A DNA stretch of 64,000 nucleotides, taken from contig NW_026515681.1 of the NCBI RefSeq assembly GCF_025526975.1, positions 186,001-250,000 of the forward strand. The letters run 5' to 3'. This DNA is from Fimicolochytrium jonesii. Taxonomy: Eukaryota. A program made the translations under genes and the position numbers. This document shows, in pieces, positions 59,597 to 64,000 of the stretch. Position 1 is the first letter of the stretch, and each line of letters starts with the position of its first letter. Below the pieces are notes generated by a model that saw only the letters and a list, made by a program, of their open reading frames with translations, was not told the DNA's origin and searched no databases.

Positions 59597-60961
59597 ATGC
59601 AGGGAGCCACGGAGACAGAGGTCCGCAGAATTGTACGGGACAATTACGCCCAGGTCCCCAAAACGGCCGACCGTGAGGGCAGCACACGAGTTGCCCAGGC
59701 CTTTGGGTACAGCCTCGAGGAACTGACAGCAATTCCAGTGGAAAGCAACATGGGATTGTCCTGTGGGAACCCCACTGCAGTGGCCAATCTCAAGGAGGCG
59801 AGCATCGCGGCGGACGCGTAAGATGATCTAGGAGCGCCCAAGCTGTCCACTTGACTGACCCTCGGTTTTCCCTCCGGTGCGCGTAGGGTGAAACGGTAGT
59901 CGATCTCGGCTCTGGGGGAGGTCTCGATGTCTTCTTGGCGGCAAAGGCAGTCGGGGCCACCGGAAAGGCTATTGGAATCGACATGACATTTGTAACAAGA
60001 GTGCTCTCTGTTCTGAACGATACAATCCTTTACCCTTCCTGATTACTCGCGTATTTGCAGGAGATGATTGACCTCGCCCGCCGCAACGCCAGTAAGGCAC
60101 AGGTCAGGAACGTTGAGTTTTATCTCGGCGAGATTGAGCACATGCCAATTGAAAGCAACACGACCGACTGTGTCATCAGCAACTGCGTGATCAACTTGGT
60201 TAGCAACCATCTGATTTGCAGTCCAGAATATTACCGCACCTTGCAACTGACTACGCAATGCAGTGTCCCAACAAAGACGTTGCGCTTCGAGAGATATACC
60301 GCATCCTCAAGCCCGGTGGCCGTCTTGCGATTTCTGACATTGCGCTGAAGCAGGAGGTCCCCCCTGCGCTTCAAGACAACCTGAGTGCGTATGTGGGATG
60401 TGTGACTGGCGCGATCCAGATCAAGGAATACAAGGCGTTATTACACGGAGCCGGTTTCCAAGGTTGGTTCTGAAGAGGCTTCTTGCTGATTCGAAGCTTC
60501 CCTTGGCTAAACTTCGGTCTGCCTCAGATGTTGTCATCGTCGATTCCAACGCCGACTTAAGCGTCTACACGTTTGCAGACAACGGCTGCTGCGGTTCGGG
60601 GGCTAGTTGCGGGCCTGCAGTACCTGCGGAAGTGGTTCCTGACGCCAAGGCTGAAGCCGACGGTGATGAACCTTGCGGCTGCGGTCCTACGTGCTGCGAC
60701 GGTTCCCACCCGGACACTGAAGCATCTTGTTGCGCCTCTTCGTGCTGCGGTAAGGACGAGAAGAAGGGTGCTTCTGCGCCTGCCAAGTCCTGTTTGAAGG
60801 ATTGGGATGTGAACGCTTTTGCAGGTATGCACGCCTTGATTTGATATCGTCAATCTATCACGAGGTTATTATCTCGGATAGCTTCTGTCAAGGTCTTCGC
60901 TACCAAACCGTCCAGTTGGGACACGCACATCGAGTTCTCGACGGAGTGCTGTTCATCTTAG
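59597..60961 (+). CDS. arsM: Arsenite S-adenosylmethionine methyltransferase
   Basis: Six exons (59597-59797, 59887-59991, 60061-60198, 60264-60462, 60528-60824, 60882-60961). [42 protein letters not shown] and YVGCVTGA. Confidence 0.93.
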
Positions 60962-62020
60962 ACGGAGTGCCGCAAGAGATACTGTCCTTTGATTTCCAAT
61001 TTGGCAGAGTTATGGGCTTGAATGTAACATGAATCTAACCCGCTCTTGTACTGTACTGTAAGTAGGTGGCCAGATATCTGGTTACGACGGGGTTTGCGCC
61101 CTGTTTGCGCCCTGTTTGTGGAATGATGTGTCCTTGGGGCGTCGTGCCCAGACTTTTGCCCACCTACTGTACTGTATGATAGCGAAATATGATGGTTCTT
61201 CCTCTGGTTAGCGATGAGCTGCGGGATCAAATTTTCTGGAGATGCGTAGGGGACCCGCTTGTCTTTGGCGCCGCCCAACCCGGGAAGCCTCGGGTTCTTG
61301 ATTAGAGTGAGACCATAGACCATTCCTTCAGAAGAAGTGCAGCGACCGTCCGCAACACACGGGGCCGCAAGCCCCAGTACGCTCCTGGGGTCTTTCCCGA
61401 TCAGTGCTGCATATTGGCTCACAAATTGTTGAATCTGCGTTGGCGAACATGAAAGGCTAGAAATCCAAAGTCGGCTTGCTAGCGCATAACCAGGTCCAGC
61501 AGCATAAATCAACAGATCAACAGTCATCAACAAGCATCAAGATCAACGCTAATGAGATGGCCACCCTTTATTTAGGCTTTCGCTGGACGCCACGAGACGA
61601 GCTCAGACATGATGGAAACTGTCAAAATTCCCTAAACCATCCATGTCCAGTATGGAAGATTCCCTTCTAACATATGGGTCGATGCCAAAAGCTGCGAAGG
61701 AGACGTACAATCTACCTCAAGAATGCTGGTCTCGCCGACATCTTGCACAGCCGCAGCATTCTGAAAAGCACGGGGACGGTATTTCTGTCCGTTTCCCGCA
61801 AACTTCCTACGCTCTGTCGGCAATCGGGGTCGTCCAAATAACAAAATAGTTGCACCCCTGATTTCTGATGATGCACATATAATGATAATCGTGAAATAAT
61901 ATGGTACAGTGGTATCCTAACGTGTCGTTCAGCAACGACTGGATAGAATAAATAAATCTACGCACTACCTGAGGATGACAGAGTACTGAAGATTACGCCC
62001 TCCGGTCTGTGAAGCCGCCT

Positions 62021-64000
62021 CTACTTGTGCTTCTTGTTACCCTTTTTGACCCCGCTTCCCGAAGCGCCAGCCCCGGAAGAGTTCGGCCCACTGCTTGATC
62101 CTTTTCCGGTGTTGACCGATCCGCCGGTTTGTGTGGCTTTGATGATGTTTTTGAACTGACCGGCGACTTTGGCGGCTTTGCGTCTGTGAGAAAGAAGTAT
62201 TGTGAGCACAGCTGCCAGGGAAAATGAAGACCAGATAATGTTGCGAGACTTACTTCTTTCCACCAACGACCTTGCTCGTCAACGGAATGTACGCGAACGG
62301 ATCGGGGCCGCCACTCTTCTTGACATCTCCCTTGGCCCTCTTCGCCTTGAACTGCCGTCCAAGCATCTTCTCCACCTCGCCCTTATCCAGACCCACATCC
62401 TTCCGCTTGTTCCTACCCTGTCCCCATCCGAGACCGGATGCGGTAGCACCCCGGTTTTCCTCGGCTTCGGGGTCAGCGTCGCCGCGCTTACGTTTTGCTG
62501 ATTCGTTGGGTCGGAGGAACTTGACGCGGCCGTCGGCGGTCCGTGTGAAGGCTACTTCGGAGTGGAGCGCGGCCTTGTAGTGGTCCTCCCTGTCCTGTGT
62601 CACTTCCATTGCGTCCAGTGCGGCGGTAGCACCGGCCACGCCTTCGCCTTCATCGTCGGAGTCGTTGATCATCAGGCGCCCGTCCTCGTTGCTCTGGAAA
62701 TCTGACTGTGCGCTACCGTTCGCGCCGGCTCGCTTGCCTTTCCGTGGAGCGCTGGTCACGCGCGAGACAATACGAGCGTCCAAGAAATCAGCGACATCGT
62801 CTTCACCACCCTCTCGAATCCTGGTGCTGCTCGGCGCAGCAGACTTCCCTTTTGACCTTTGCAGGGCGTCTTTGAACCGATCGGGGATGTACTTCTCATC
62901 GTCATCATCGTCCGAGTCTTCCGCATCTGTTTCGAGCTCACTCTCACTACCATAGAGCGCATCTTCGAATTGCTTGCGGGCTCCGCCTGCAGCTGCACCC
63001 TTGCCAGCCAACAACGCGGCCTTGCTGGCCTCCCCATCGCTGTCATTCTCTTCTCCAGCCTCCAGCTGCTTGGCAATCCGCTTCTTCTTCTTCTCGCGCT
63101 CTCTCCTCTTCTTGATGTTGACCAGAAGCTTCTTATCGCCTTCAGGTACAAATCCTTCGATGGCCTCGTAACTGAACCGCCTCACTAGCCTCTCAAAGAT
63201 GTGTCGTACTTTCGCCTTGAAGTGGGACTTGTGATTCCGGGAGTGGGTCAAAATCGCAACAACAATGTTCTCCAGCTCGTCCTCCAAAACCTCCTGCCTC
63301 AAACACACGATAACAACCTTCATAAACCCGAGGGCAGCCTTGATGACTTCCCGATTTGTCGTGTTCATGACAAAGTTGATCGTAGACACGAGCTCCCTGA
63401 CGAAACGTTCGTCCATGAGAGGGCCGAACTCGAAGACAAGACGGGACAAGGCGGCAATAGAGGCACTCTGCATCGTCGAGGTTTCACCAGCCAAACCGGC
63501 GATGACCATAGTGAAGAACTCGGACAGGTTGATCTTCTTCGCTGGGTCTTCGTCGACTTCGCCTTCCGTGTCCATCCTCCCTTCCGATGTCGGATCGCCG
63601 ACGCCGCCGTCTTCAAGCATCTTGTTGCCCATTGCAACGAGACACTCGTAAGCAGCATTACGTGCCTTCTCGCTAGCTTCCTTTGTGGCGAGCATGACTT
63701 CCGACAAGGAGATGGGAATGAATTGCAGAAGCAAAGCTTTCTCCGTAAGCGGGATGGCGTTGCAGATCCATTGAAGGAGTTGAATACGAGCATTCTTCGC
63801 GCCAGAGGAAGCTTTCGACAGAACCTCCGGGTCCAGAACACGTTCGATCAGTTCCTCCAAGCCAAGTAACGCGCGGGGAAGCTTGGGAACGACCTGGTTG
63901 AGGCACTTATACGTGCGCTTCTGCATAGTAGGATCCGACTCGCGCAATTGACCGGTCAGGACCTTGTAGAACAGGAGAAGCGGGGAATCAGCGGGGAGAG
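62021..64000 (-). CDS. RRP12: Ribosomal RNA processing protein 12, 3' portion (5' end beyond window)
   Basis: QKRTYKCL, EVMLATKE.SEKARNAAY, NREVIKAALGF, HFKAKVRHIFERLVRRF and AKGDVKK.G.PDPFAYIPL; final intron near 62185-62252. Confidence 0.95.

Noticed and set aside
60958..61533. 191-codon minus-strand ORF after arsM
   Set aside because: It has a non-ATG start, no recognisable domain, and overlaps the arsM 3' end.
1..64000. tRNA or rRNA genes
   Set aside because: No cloverleaf, T-loop or rRNA signature was recognised by eye; tRNAscan-SE and barrnap would be decisive.

Overview
Eukaryotic, intron-rich, GC-rich fungal DNA, very likely from a zoosporic (chytrid-type) fungus, because an IFT22 flagellar gene sits alongside a myosin-fused chitin synthase. 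The window has three zones. (1) 1-~9.3 kb is nested transposon debris. A degenerate Ty3/Gypsy chromovirus (532-bp LTR, candidate self-priming site, candidate -1 frameshift signal, tandem copy sharing an LTR) is inserted into a broken gene resembling the N-terminal half of a fungal TET/JBP dioxygenase. Next to it is a truncated Zn-finger, CACTA/Plavaka-like transposase gene bracketed by oppositely oriented telomere-like arrays. (2) 9.6-46.2 kb is a compact block of mostly housekeeping genes: HMT1/ABCB6-like transporter, U2AF1, IFT22, PEX16, an orphan, NOP10, M50B peptidase, a large coiled-coil protein, COQ5, myosin-chitin synthase, VPS23 and a half-size ABCA. (3) 46.9-61 kb is an accessory block: SGNH-like protein, frameshifted Cache-HAMP sensor, MDR ABCB, NmrA-like protein and a Cys-rich arsenite methyltransferase, followed by the 3' part of RRP12. 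The two best leads are the putative TET/JBP-carrying DNA transposon and an ~800-nt structured NOP10 5' leader intron containing a hairpin-ACA element with a competing long-range helix. Family calls come from motif recognition by eye; no searches were run.
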